From positions 1 to 64,000 of the forward strand of contig DF237393.1 of assembly GCA_000708835.1 (NCBI GenBank): DNA of 64,000 nt, in the 5' to 3' direction. Under the pieces are notes generated by a model, which worked only from the letters and a program-made list of their open reading frames with translations, searched no databases and was not told where the DNA came from. This DNA is from Klebsormidium nitens (lineage: Eukaryota > Plantae > Klebsormidiophyceae). A program made the position numbers and the translations under genes. Each line of letters starts with the position of its first letter. Within the stretch, counting starts at the first letter, position 1. This document shows, piece after piece, positions 1 through 10,200 of the stretch.

Positions 1-3000
1 AGGGAGGCAGAACCTTTACAGCTGCCTAACCAAAGACGCTTTCGAGCGGATCGCGGCGCAGATTGTGCGGGGGCCACAACCGGCGGAGGAGTTTAACACT
101 CTGGACGACTTGAAGGACTGCTTCATGTTCCAAACGGAACCTGATGCGGAGGCGTTGGAGCGGAACGACTTCTCTCTGGGGTTTCTCCTCCGGCACGACG
201 AGAAGGGCCGGAACAACACCATGATCTCGGGGATGCTTCGCCCGAAGGAGGCTGCCACTCGCTTCTAGGACTCCTCCGACGCAATTTTCAGAGAGATGGG
301 GCAACCGGGGAGGGGTAACCCAGGAAACTACTTCTCGGGGGACTGCTTCGACATCCCAGACGAAGCAGTATCCCGTGATCCCTCATTTCTTTGAGGTCGA
401 TCTCGTCCTTGAATTCCCTCCGCCCTTGAGCGCTGGAGGGAAGAAGGTCCTACAGGTTTGAGATTCCCCAGCACGCCTCCGTCCAGCTGGCAACACTGCG
501 TCCAGGCGACCCCATCTTTTTACTGGACGCAGAGACAGACGAGTTGATGGGGACCTGGTTCATGACCACTGTGGACCTTCCCCCCGGCAAGAACGGAACT
601 CCGGTGACGTCAGACCTGCTGAAGGCAGTCGCCGACCCCGACGCGCTGGCGGCCTACTACGCGGTTGACCCGGCCGCGCCTCCGCCGCCGGAAGGCTGGA
701 CGCGCTGGGCGTACGTCCGGTACATGGGCGCCTACGAGAACGGAAACGGCTTCCGGGCTCCGTTCTTCATCTCAGAGGCGGAGTTCCGGGCGGTCCGCTA
801 CCACATCATGGACCAGAAAGGGGGGGCCTCGGAGAAAGGGGAGGGCAAGTACACGCTGCGCCCGTTGCTCGCGCACGAAAGCCCTGCAGGGATGTTTGGA
901 ACCCCTGGTTACTATCCCATCCGGACGAGCGGATCTTCCCCCGCCGTTAGCCTTTATTCGGAGTACTTCTGCATGCTGGCAGGAGCGCTTCCCCCCTATC
1001 AGAGTTACACCGTCAAGGAGGGAAATCGGACGCGGGCGGCGCGCTGGTTCCCCGGTCTCCAGCTTCCCAACGAGCTTCAGGCCCTCGCGCGGCCGCACAC
1101 TCCGCGCGCGATGCAGGTCTGACCTATGATAGCGTATGACGCGCAGGCTCGGGCCGCCGTCTTCGAGCGTTACACCCCGGGAATGAAGCTGCCGGCGAGC
1201 CCCGAGAAGGAGAAGTCCCTGCAAGGGAGGAAGAAGGAGGCGACGCCGAGCCCGGGGCTGGATCAAACCGGGGGAGCTCAGCTGCTCGGGCACACTCCCC
1301 CCCTAATGAAGAGACCGGCAGAGGAAGAAGTCGGGGGGTCTGGTCGGAAGAGGTACCCGAAGGGGGCCGCGCAGCCAACGGAGTCGGTTGTTCCGAGTCA
1401 GGTTTTGGCTCTGGCCGGGGACCTGAGTTTGGCCGGTCGGTTGAGCGAAGGAGGGCCGGCTTCTCCGGGCGAGAACGCCGCCCGGTTGCTCCTGGAGGCC
1501 ATGACCCGGCTTCCCACTGCGCTGACCGGGAGCGCCTTCACCCAGTTCGTCAGCTTCATAGGGAGGTTACCGGCCGCCATTCCCCGGCTATCCGCTAACC
1601 CGGCTCCCCAAGCCAACCTGCAGATAATCAGCCTGCTGAGCGACTTTGTCGCCGCGGCCGCCCGCGTCTCGGCCACGCTGGCCGAGATTCTGCTGATGGC
1701 CATGTACGAGCTTCTGAAGGACAGAGACATCACCGGCGCGATCCCGACCAGTCATCTGCCTTCCCCGCCTCGCGGAGGGGGCCCAGGCCCAGGATCCGGG
1801 GAGGAAGATTCGGAGGAGGAAGACAGGGAGCTCGTGCGTCGCGGCCGCAAAGGGCGCGGCCCAGTCATTGTCCCAGGGTTTACCGTCGCAAGGAGCAGGG
1901 AGGCGGCTCTGAACAGGGGAAGGGGCCAGGGCAGGCGCAGGCCCCTTTGGGGAGAATCGACAGCCCACTCCGCGGCCGCTCCCCCTCGCCCAGGCGCGGC
2001 CTCTCGCGCGATTCGCGCGGCCGCGAGCGCTCCCCCCTCTCTCGCCGCGCACGCAGCAAGTCCTTCTCGGGGGACAGAAGCACTTCGAGCTCCTCTGAGG
2101 GCTCAGAACCCCCCTCACCAACTGCAGGAGGCGCGACTTCGGCTCGACGCGTGTCCCACTTCCCCGACAGAGGTGCCACGTGGCCGGCGCCTCTCTACCC
2201 GACGCCGCGCCCCACCGCGGCCGCGACTCCGCCAACGCAGGTCGCGGCTCCGCCCCGCGTCGCGCCAGAGGTCGACTCCCCCTTCTTTCGCATGGACGAG
2301 GACGAAGTCGACTTCGAGCGCACGCCGGAGCGCTTCTGACGGCGGAGGATGACGTCACAGCCATGGAGGAGGCGCCCCCGGTTGGTGACCGCCTCCCGGT
2401 GCATCAGCGCCTGGGGACCGTCACGGCTTTCCCCGAACGGAGGCCCATTTCTGAGCGCCTTTCTGGACAGGTGCAGGAGTCCAGAGTGCCGGTCGCAGAC
2501 CGCCTCGGGCCCACGAACAGTCGGCCCCGAGTCCAGGATCGACTTGACTTCTCCAGGGCGCCCTCCCCCAGTGACGACCCCACGGTGACGATCGGGGATC
2601 GTCGCCTGTCGCTCGCTTCCGAAGAGGAAAACCGCGAGGAGTTGGCGCTCGAGCAGCAGTTTGAGGGGATCCCCTCACCGACCCCTGGGGTACAGCTGGA
2701 CGGAACCCCTGAACCAGATGATGGAAGCGTTAAAACCAAACGCTCCCGCTTCGACGAGCGCCCCTCTTTTCTGACGGCAGTCGAGGCAGAGCTGCGCTAC
2801 ATCTCGGCGCAGCGACTTTTGCAGAAACATCGCCTGGCGGAGAAGACGTGGAGCGCCTACTGCGACGACCCCAACAACATGTGCCCGGGTCGAGCTGAGG
2901 ACTTGGACTGCCTCGAGGGCATCCGTTTTCAGATAGCGGAGGCTGAGGCGGAGTGTGAACGGGCGAAGTGGGAAGCTGACTTCGCGAAGGTGCGCGAGCA

Positions 3001-3280
3001 GGCGCAGGCTAAAGCAGCCGCGGCCGCCGCCTCTGTTTCGACGATCAGTCTGGGGTCGGGGTTTGAGCAGGGGAAGAAGAAGCGCCCCGCCAATAGACGC
3101 GGGGGCAAGGGGAGGAAGCCGGCCAAGCCGCCCTCTTTCGCGAGACCTGGCGCGGCTGGTAAGGGCGGCTCGAAGACGGCTCCGTTGAAGAGGTCGTCCA
3201 CGAGCACGTCTGTCGTCACCACAGCCGAGATCTCCGCGTCGATCAAGACTGTCTCCCGCACCACGCGCTGGGACAAGTGA
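1..3280 (+). pseudogene. Decayed, apparently intronless long ORF (~1,050-1,100 codons if repaired), 5' end outside the window; unknown protein, possibly transposon-derived (gag/ORF1-like)
   Basis: Protein-like reading passes through successive frames. Frame 2 covers 2-265 and ends in TAG at 266-268. Frame 1 covers 430-1119, has an in-frame TGA at 1120-1122 and continues into ORF 1126. A Ser/Arg-rich frame 3 covers ~1947-2339. Frame 2 then runs ~2340-3280 with repeated P-V-x-[DEQ]-R-L-[GSD] motifs, a coiled-coil and a basic tail. No clear splice sites rescue the junctions. No RT, integrase or transposase motif is seen. Confidence 0.5.
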
Positions 3281-3650
3281 TCTTCTGTACATACAGATAG
3301 TAAGTCTCTTTTCCTTCTCGCTCCGGGACGAGCTCCTAGCGAGGGGATAGAGAATACAGATGTGCTCTTTGAATGCTCCCGCCTTGCGCGCGTATAAGAT
3401 AGCGACACGTGGCATGCAGACATTTGCCGCTGCAGGACAGGTGTGCGCGCTAAGCCGCGGCGCGAAGTAAATCTGGTTCAATGAGTTGTGCAGGCTCCGC
3501 AGTTCAGGGTTTAGCGCGTGGAACCTTCCGGAACCACGTGCTTATTGCGGAAGGCCGCACGATGACTTTAGAGTAGCTCAAGACCGTAGATCGGCGGAGT
3601 CTAACCGACCGTTGGAAATTAGAAGACAAAAGGCCTCGCGGAGAAGACTC

Positions 3651-4376
3651 CATAGCGTTCTAGAAGTAGCGCGCGGACATGCCCCTAACTCGGAGGCCGT
3701 AGAAGCCACCACTGCCAGATCGCAAAAAGATTGCCGTGCAGGATAAGGTAGTTTCAGCCGTCCAAAAGCCCATCGACGGTGCAAATGTGACCCATCCAAA
3801 CACCAGACAGAAAGTAGTGTCAATGACGGGGCAAAAATGCTCTGGGCGTGCACAGTGTGGCTGCGCGTGCACAGTGTGCATTTTGCCGTACCGCCGCGCG
3901 AGCAAAATGTTACCAGAGGCCACGCGTCGCATGTATCGACCGCCAATTGTACCGCGTGGTCCAAACCTGTCAGATTGCGCAGAGGTACCGTACGGTCACG
4001 GAGTCCAGCCTCTACGGTCTATGTTTAATTAAATTGACGTTGGGCGGTAGCTTTGGACCGCGCCGCGGAAAACTCGTAGAGGCCGAGTCAATTACAAATT
4101 GTTGCCCGTGACTTGACTCGGCCGGTCGCGACCCGCACGGTGGAAACTTCACCGAGGGTAGACTTTAAGTATAACAGCTAGTTCAAGTCACGGTCGGACA
4201 TAGTGGTCGGGAGCTATTTGATTTCCCGGTGCTATTTTTTGGAGCTCAACTGCCCCTAACACTGCCGCCGAACCTTATCCTGCAAACGAATCTTATCCCA
4301 ATTCCCCGACCACTTCTCCATCAGGCAACCGGGCTGAGTTAGGGGCATGGTCGCAAGCCACTTCTAGAACGCTATG
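3651..4376. repeat. Degenerate inverted-repeat pair (arms 3651-3748 and 4273-4376) with nested hairpins; possible MITE/foldback remnant
   Basis: 3651-3691 matches the reverse complement of 4336-4376 at 36/41 nt, with perfect 17-nt and 14-nt blocks. TGCAGGATAAGG at 3737-3748 is the exact reverse complement of 4273-4284. An internal 11-bp stem lies at 4081-4091/4113-4123. Confidence 0.7.
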
Positions 4377-5435
4377 CTCTAGTACTCCGCACTAAGTTAC
4401 GTGACTGGGCAAAGGAACTCAATACCTCATTGAGAATTTGCGCTAAGACTGCTTGGTCTATTGTGCAGGTTCTCCACGGGGCCTCCTTTCCGGAAGCTTC
4501 TACGAGTTCCAGCGACCCAGTCATACTGTAAATAGAGGCTCTGTCGACTTAGGGAAGGCCGCGCTACACTTCGCATGAGTGCTGTGTGTTGGCCATCATC
4601 ATGTATGGCTCCGCAAGCATGAATGCTCATGGCCATTGTTGGGGAAGTACCCACATGGTGGAATAGCTCGAGACGTTGCTCCCCGAGAAGTACAAAGTGT
4701 TATCATTGTGCATTGTGTGAATGAATGTGTGACTTGTTGACAGGTGAAAGCTTCGCATATGTAATTGCAGCCTACAAGCTGCTAAAAGCAAGTGGTATGG
4801 GACACTTGTGCATTTGCTGAGAGCTACTACGTTCCGGAGAGCTGTGGCCTGATAGGCTCGCTACGCTAAGACAAATTCCGCTGCGCAGGCGACTATCGCG
4901 GCAGAGCGCGCAGGCCTTAAGCTGGCCGCGCCGCCCCGCGCGCATGATAGTGCGCCGCAACTCCGATCACCCTTGCCACGTGGCGCTAAACCCCGAGAGT
5001 GGGCAGTGGCCATAGGGGGGTGCTCTCTAGAGCATACAAAATCCTGATACGCAAGTACGACTTCCATCTCGATCCTCGAGATATTTCTACCGATATTTTA
5101 AGCCAAATTGCCCTGGATTGGAATTTGAGTAGGTTTGGCTAAGGTCGGCTTGGGGTTTTTGGTTAGGTATAAGGCCTAACGAATAGTTATCTGTGCGATG
5201 CGGGGTAAATGTCCAGATTTGTTAGGCTTGTTAGTCTTTGATATTAATAATTTATTGATGATATTCGTTTATTTGTAAGAATCTTGGTGCCGCTTATAGC
5301 ACTGTAGTCGTCCGAGCCAGGCCGATTTGCCAAAAATAGGTGGACGGCCGCGGGCCTCCAATTTCCAAATTGGTCAGCACGTTCGGCCCGGGGTGTCTGA
5401 CGAATTTACCACTTGGGCATAGGTATCAGCACTTG

Positions 5436-5613
5436 CAACAAAAGTGTTGTAGGTACACTTTTGTTGTACGTACGGTACCTAGCTGGGCCAGAGCCTGGGA
5501 CCTGTCAGCTGATGTCAGTCACCCAGTACAGTAGGTAACTACCTTTTAGTAGTTACGCAGTACATGCATGCAGCATGCGGTACTGCAGCGGTAGGCTAGG
5601 CACACTGGGTGAC
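5436..5613. repeat. Cluster of perfect short palindromic stems: a 12-bp hairpin plus a Y-shaped multibranch palindrome
   Basis: CAACAAAAGTGT 5436-5447 / ACACTTTTGTTG 5455-5466. Outer stem GTCACCCAGT 5518-5527 / ACTGGGTGAC 5604-5613 encloses GTAACTAC 5535-5542 / GTAGTTAC 5549-5556 and GCAGTAC 5557-5563 / GTACTGC 5580-5586. Confidence 0.8.
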
Positions 5614-7244
5614 AAGTGACAGTGACTGAGCCCGCCGTTCCTGAATCCTGATATCAGGTCCGGCCATGCCGGAGGGGGAAGTTTCATGTATTCAAGGGAC
5701 AAAGTGCACAATTGCGTTCGATCCTAGTGCATCTAATATGTACGGTAGGTAGGTGAATTTCTTCTCCATTGTATGAGATCGAATGCATTGCGGCCCCATT
5801 CATGATACTCAGTCGCTGGACGGTTGATCTCAGTGCCAGGTAGGTACTTGGATCATTGTTCTAAAACTCTGAAAGCTGCTCTCAGTGTTTGAGGAAGAGA
5901 GGAAGAGGGCTAGTTGCGTACTGTTTGCAGATTATGGACAAAGTGTTGGTAGCGTCTACCAGTGGTCATTGCCGATTGCTAATCTGGGCTAGATTGGGCT
6001 AAGCTCTTGGCATGGCTTTACAAGATATTTTGACTGCTACATGATCCAGAGATTACAAGCCTACTCGATCGATCTCGCACGAAAATCAAGGAGCTAGAAC
6101 TGCTATTTTTGCTAGTCGGTCAATGATCCTTAATTCGATAACTAAAGTCACAGATCCGACACAAACGAGTCCGCAGTGCGCACTGCATGTTCCAAATTCC
6201 TAGCGACACATCCTTTGATTCTCTCCACAAAATTCGATCCATCAAATTATCAATCCTATTTAAACATAAACTCAGTAAAGAAGTGCGCGGGAAGTGCGAC
6301 TCATGGCAGCACGCAAGCTGAAGTGGTATTGAAACGCTGGTTCGTCAATTTTACCTACCTAGTCCTAAATTATAACTGTAACCCCGTCTTTTGGGCGGCA
6401 TAGATTGAGGTCAGTCTCTGATCTCAGCCCTAGTTGTGTCATAATGATGGTTCGCCAATGATCAAATGATGGCACGGCATACCACAAAGTGGTCCCGCAT
6501 CTTATTTTACGATTTCTCGATCATGCATTTGTCATACTACGTGCGTACACTGTCAATGTGTGTGAGGTAGTTTGAGCACTGCTGCTTGCATGCAAGGGAT
6601 TGTGACAACCGGGTGCATGGAGCCAGGCTGCCGGGTACATGGAGCGCCTGATTTTTACAGGAGGTATACGTGACGGAGCATAAGCTTAAGGATCGCGGGC
6701 GCAACAAATTGTTCTCTATGATCGGTTTGACGTATGCAATAAATTACTAACGCGTGAAACGGCTATCTCAGGTGCAGGCTGTCTATAGCTGTTCAAGCAT
6801 ATGGGCACGTATCCGGGCCATTGCCAGTACGTCTATACATGCTGATCTTTTCATTACGCAAGATGTGAATCTACGTACCATGCACACGTTGATGACGGCA
6901 AATTTATGATTGTGACACAGACGTAACCGTCATAACCAACTTGATCCCAGAATACAAATTTCAAGCGTGCTGCACGTACGAGAGTCTCCAGGATCAAGTA
7001 CTTCAGCTGCTGCGTCCATTATTTCTGAGGCAGAGCACCTGCTTTAAAAGTCAAGTGATCCATCATACTGGGAGTTCGCTCTTTAATCACTTTCAAAGCC
7101 AATTGTCACTTCTGCGAGGTAATACCTGACAGATGCAAGAACGGTCGTATTACTTATATGCTTAGCATTGGCTGGACAAGCAATTTATCGCCACTTCTGA
7201 ACACAGTGGTATGTATCTAATTTTGAGGAGCAGCTTGGGCCTGG

Positions 7245-10200
7245 TCAGGGAGCAACCGCGAATGCCTCCCTCTCAAAAGCCTCATGTTCCTTTCGCCGCT
7301 CGTCATCTGCCTCCGTCTGTGCAAGGGACATTGCGATTGCCGCAGCCAACTGCTGTTCAAATAGAGCGTCGCTTCCCACGTGCTGGTTAGAGTCAGCTCC
7401 TACACTGGATCGAGTACCTTCGACCTTTCCAAAGCGCTCGTGGACTACACTGGTGGACGTCTCTTTCGAACTCAGACTCCGCCGATGAACTCCAGCCACT
7501 TCACGTGCATCGTCACTACCTGGTGTCGAATTAGGCGGGCGCGGAGGGGGGTACTTGACTGGTGAATAGACGGGGGAGCACGCTTCACCGAAAGCGCTGC
7601 TACCAGAGCCGCTGAGAGACCGTGCCCTCCGCTTATGCGAGCCGGCTTCCCCGCCAGCTTTTTGCTCCCCAGTCCCCTGCAGGCCGTCACTCAATGGTGG
7701 ATACAGATCGCCGAGCACTCCCTCAGGTTTTGCCAACAAACTCGAGCTGGAATGTGCCACCTGAGAAGCCAAGAGCGACCCGGCTGGACGTGCCGGCTCG
7801 GCCCAGGCTTCCCCCGACAGACGCCCAGCCGTTCTCGACTTTTCCTGCGAGTCAGACTCCGCTAGGCCCACAAACGGGTTGGTGGACGCAAAGCCGCCGC
7901 TACTCTCCAGCCCCACCCAAGGGGCATTTTCCAGGGTGAATTGCTCTCGTCTTTGCCCCGCATCCCAGACACGTGACGTTTCGTCCTGTCTCTCTTGCGA
8001 CCGCCCTTCCGTCTCCGCCATGGTTTCACTCTCGGACAGCCAGATTCCGGACCCTCCTTCCTCGGCTTCGCTTGACCTGAAACCCCTTCCACGGGATTCT
8101 GGACTAGACTCGTGGAACCCGCTCTCACGCTCCACAGCCCGCTCATTGTAGGCCCCCATCTCGCTCCACGGCGCACCTTCCAGAGCAAACTCGAGCTTAG
8201 TAGGCTCCAAGCTCGTCGCCACACTCTTCCAAACAGAAGCTCTCCCTCCCTCGTCTTGGCCCGCCACCCTGTTGCTGCCCTCGCCCGAACTAGGCTCCAC
8301 TCTCGACTTCCTCGCCATCAGCTGCGCCAGAGACAGAGGTTCCACTGGACCGATCGCCGACGAGACAAGGCCCCCCTCGCTTTTGCCACCGTCCGACTCC
8401 GCATTTCCCAATGACCGATACACCGAGTCCGGCCGGAGTTGCCCCATCATCGGCAGCCGCTCGCGGCTCTCAGCCAAATCCCGTCGGTTACCATCGCTTG
8501 TTAAGGAGCCTAACCCCGTGACGTCAGCACTGGTGACCCCCGACGAAGGCTCCGCACTCGTCTCGAAGTCGAGAGGCCCTGCGGAGGACCCCGCCGCACC
8601 GCTCCCGCGGCCGCTGCTCCGGGTTTCGCGCTTTCTTAGTAAGCCTTCGGTGTTGCCGGCTTCAATCTGCCCTGCCCCGTCAGCGTTAGTATGGTACGCC
8701 GCAACCCCACGAGGCTGCTCAGCACCGTTCCGATTTGCCATGTGAAAATCAGTCACGGAATCGAGAGCCAGGGTTTGTGACGTCAGCGAACTCTCCTCTC
8801 CGTCAGCTCCCGCAGCCGCTCCAGTTGCAGACGACTCCACTCGTTGGCCCGCAGCTGCATCAAGAGCGGGGGACAACTCTCGGCCCGTGTTTACAACGAC
8901 CCCAAGCGCCTCTCTGTGCAGCGAGCAATCCAGCCCCCGCCCGCCGACAGCCCCTTCTCCGCTTCCACTAACCCGACCAAAACCCTCCGGCCGGTTACCA
9001 GTTAGCCCGCTCCCTTCTCTAGGATTTGGAACTGAGCCTACCGACTCGGGGGATCCCTCAGCCACACCCCCAGTCCGTGTGCCCCAGGCAGCGCTTTCTT
9101 CAAGGGACGCCGCGATCGCTTTCGCCAGCTCGCTTGCGGCCGCTTCGTCCGGATCTTCGTAGACGGGGCTCTGAGCCCCCGATCCCGCCACAGCTGCGGC
9201 GGCTTGGTCCGGGGAGCCGCCTGTAGCGGGACCCGGGTTTGAGGGGCCTTGAGAAGTCCGGCGCTGGCGGTCCTCCTCTTCCTGCAGGGAAAAAAGAAGA
9301 GGAAGTCTAGCTAAAACCGTCGAGGTGGAAGGTTCGTGTTAGGTTGGCGAATGCCAAGTGCGCTTTGGAGTCCCGTTGCTCGCTAGGCATTGAGAGCACT
9401 TCTGAAGCCAATCAGGTCGCTTCGCTTCTTGTGGGCCAGAGAGACGTGAATCTCATCACAGTCATCTTCCTTACTGCGAGCTGGAGCTGGTAAGGGAAGT
9501 TTGTTCACTTCTGAATGTGCCAGGCCGCAGGACAGGTCCCGTCAGAAGCGGACCCAGGTTGCAAGTCTCAACCGAATTCCGCATTAGAATTAACTTCAAT
9601 TATCATCTGAGCTCAAGTTCATCCAACAAGTATTCTGCAAGCAAACTTCCCAGTGCTGCAAGGTGCCTGTCACATGATGATCAATTTGTTCCTTGCTCGA
9701 ATAAGTACCTACGCTAAACGGTATCTACCACACTCTGATGCAGAGGCGACACATGATCTTGCAGGCAACTGCCTATGAGGCACCAATCACTTAGTAAACG
9801 GACTCCTTCGGGAGACATAATGTGCAGGAGACTAAGCACGCCAGACAGAAAGAAGAAGTTGGGTATAGACGGCCCGTACCTGAAGCGACAGCCAGATTGC
9901 TTCGTTGAGCATGACGTCATCCAGATCTACGTCCGTCTCCGCGTTCCCACTGCAAGAATGTGAAAAGGCATGAGGTCAGCAAAAGCGTGACTGGACGGTG
10001 GTGCTAAGCAACGAACGGCTAGCAAAGAGCGACGACGGCAAGGTCCCTGTTTTTCGGCGCGGTGGACTAATGTCTTCATTTCGCCTAGAATTCGGAACAG
10101 AGAGCCAGCCAGAACAGAATCAACAAAAACGCAGATTAGAAGGAGGCCTTATGAAAGGACGAAGCCAAGTTGTCCGCCATTAGTGGTATCTAATAACGGA

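Noticed and set aside
4975-4984. Perfect G-box palindrome GCCACGTGGC
   Set aside because: The same 10-mer also occurs in coding and intronic sequence elsewhere in the window (e.g. ~2175, ~29166, ~33396), so there is no positional evidence of function.
5125-5175. G/T-skewed stretch resembling telomeric repeats
   Set aside because: There are no tandem TTTAGGG or TTAGGG units, only compositional skew.
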